Part shown: positions 62,550 to 64,000 of the stretch, piece by piece
Numbering within the stretch: the stretch's first letter is position 1
How the letters are laid out: every line of letters starts with the position of its first letter
Source of the DNA: Selaginella moellendorffii
Lineage: Eukaryota > Plantae > Lycopodiophyta
Assembly (NCBI RefSeq): GCF_000143415.4
Contig: NW_003314274.1
Span: 1,177,563-1,241,562, forward strand
DNA: 64,000 nt
Reading direction: 5' to 3'
Made by a program: the position numbers and the translations under genes
The notes under the pieces: model-generated
The model's input: only the letters and a program-made list of their open reading frames with translations
What the model was told of the DNA's origin: nothing
The model's database searches: none

Positions 62550-63930
62550 CAAACTCAAAGATCAATAAATAGACAATATCAAAGTCATAGATAATGATAT
62601 CTTAGAGATTTAATTATCAGTGAATAAAGCTTAGATTAGAACACAAAAGTATTCCAAGTAAGTTATCATCTGATAAACTAGTATGACAGTATAAGAACCA
62701 CTAAGATCAGCAGGATTGGAAAATATAAAATGTATTATCCAACAAAATTCAATAGCAAGTATATCATCAAGTAAACTCAATGATCAAACTTAACTACCGA
62801 AGGTTGTAGACAGTATGTTAAACAACTTACCAAAGATAACTCAAAGAACACAAAGTATTATTGATTGACAAGCACAATGCTCGTGAATATATCACCTAAA
62901 GGAAATAACATCCAAATCTATCAGAACTAACTCGAGCAACAATCAACAGAACATAATGAATGTGGTAAGACCGACAAACACTTAGTCATGCTAACCATTG
63001 CACTAGCCAATCTGAATAGATCCCAGTTAACAATATTAAGGAACTCAAGTTGCCTAAGCAAGTGTCAACAACATCCTACTGATGTCTCAAACCCAAGAGA
63101 CCAATCCAAAGCAAACCACAAAGAACATGTGATATTGCCAAAAAACCAAAAGCTATCAAAAAGATCAACTAACCATCATGAAAGATCATCAATCATCCCA
63201 TCAATAAAGAGATGCAAAATCATTGGCTAAGAAAGAATCCATCATCCTGAAGAATGGCAAATCATTCTATACCAACAATAATCAAACAAAACTTTTTGAC
63301 AAGGATAATCAACTATCCTAGATGATAATCAAGCATCACCAATGATTGCTAGATGTAAATATTAATTTCAACATCGAAGCTAACAAGCCAAAATGCCTTT
63401 TCCCAACAACTTTTAACAAATGGAATAATGAGCATAATAAACTCAAAGAACCAAAAGTTTGAAGAAGTCTATAGTTAAGTCTTGCCTAACAATGATCACA
63501 AGTCTTGCATGAACTAATTTCAATGCTAAAAAAGAAATTATAGTTATAACCCACAATACCCTCTTCAACACATCCATAAGCGACACTTCATAATGCCAAA
63601 GCTAATGAAGAGCATATCTGCATCAACCCAAAAGTTAAGCACAATGGAGCTATGCTTAACAAGTGATCATCAAATCGATCCTTCATGAATCCATCTACAG
63701 CAAGACGTAACTCACTTCATAACAAGCACAAGAAGAATCATCAATGATCAATTCCAACTCAAATCCAATAACGATTTAACATTGTCAATATCGATCACTA
63801 ACTCTTTTTCTTGTAAGGCTAGTGTAGTCCATGATTAAATCATGTTTCAAAGAAAAGTTAAAATTCATCCCCTACTAACCAATCTCATCAAAAACACAAC
63901 TAACTCAACTTGCCACTCAATTCATCATTC
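62550..63930 (-). mobile_element. Diverged fragment related to the interior of the LARD-like element
   Basis: Mirror-image A/C skew; the reverse complement of 63901-63923 (gaattgagtggcaagttgagtta) matches ~54201-54223. Confidence 0.5.
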
Positions 63931-64000
63931 AGGGACATCTAAAGCGGGCTTACTATAAGAGCCTGCCGCTCTTCCCGCTTCTGCCAGATCCCCTTTTTTT

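Overview
Eukaryotic plant genomic DNA. The very short GT-AG introns, compact genes and PLS-class PPR gene suggest a lycophyte such as Selaginella (inference). Bases ~3-19 kb are a gene island: a coiled-coil orphan gene, an MPP-alpha pseudogene, a CDC24-OB-fold gene head-to-head with a USP-kinase, an F-box/Kelch pseudogene, an intact PPR gene and several gene scraps. Bases ~22-64 kb are nested transposons. Highlights: (1) A complete Mutator-like element (40718-49903, 9-bp TSD) carries a SWIM-DDE transposase and a divergent intron-containing gene fusing a ParB/Srx-like domain to a beta-class DNA amino-methyltransferase fold. An array of GGTTC-N6-GAACC palindromes lies upstream of that gene. A second, diverged TIR element (34039-40624) carries a paralogous gene and the same palindrome type. 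(2) A full-length chromodomain Ty3/gypsy element (22819-30334) has two canonical spliceosomal introns in its integrase. (3) A 5S-rRNA-bearing TRIM (Cassandra-like) and its solo LTR have termini, PBS and PPT resembling those of that gypsy element. All TE coding regions carry nonsense or frameshift lesions. Everything was read by eye with no database searches, so boundaries not anchored by TSDs or splice sites are approximate.
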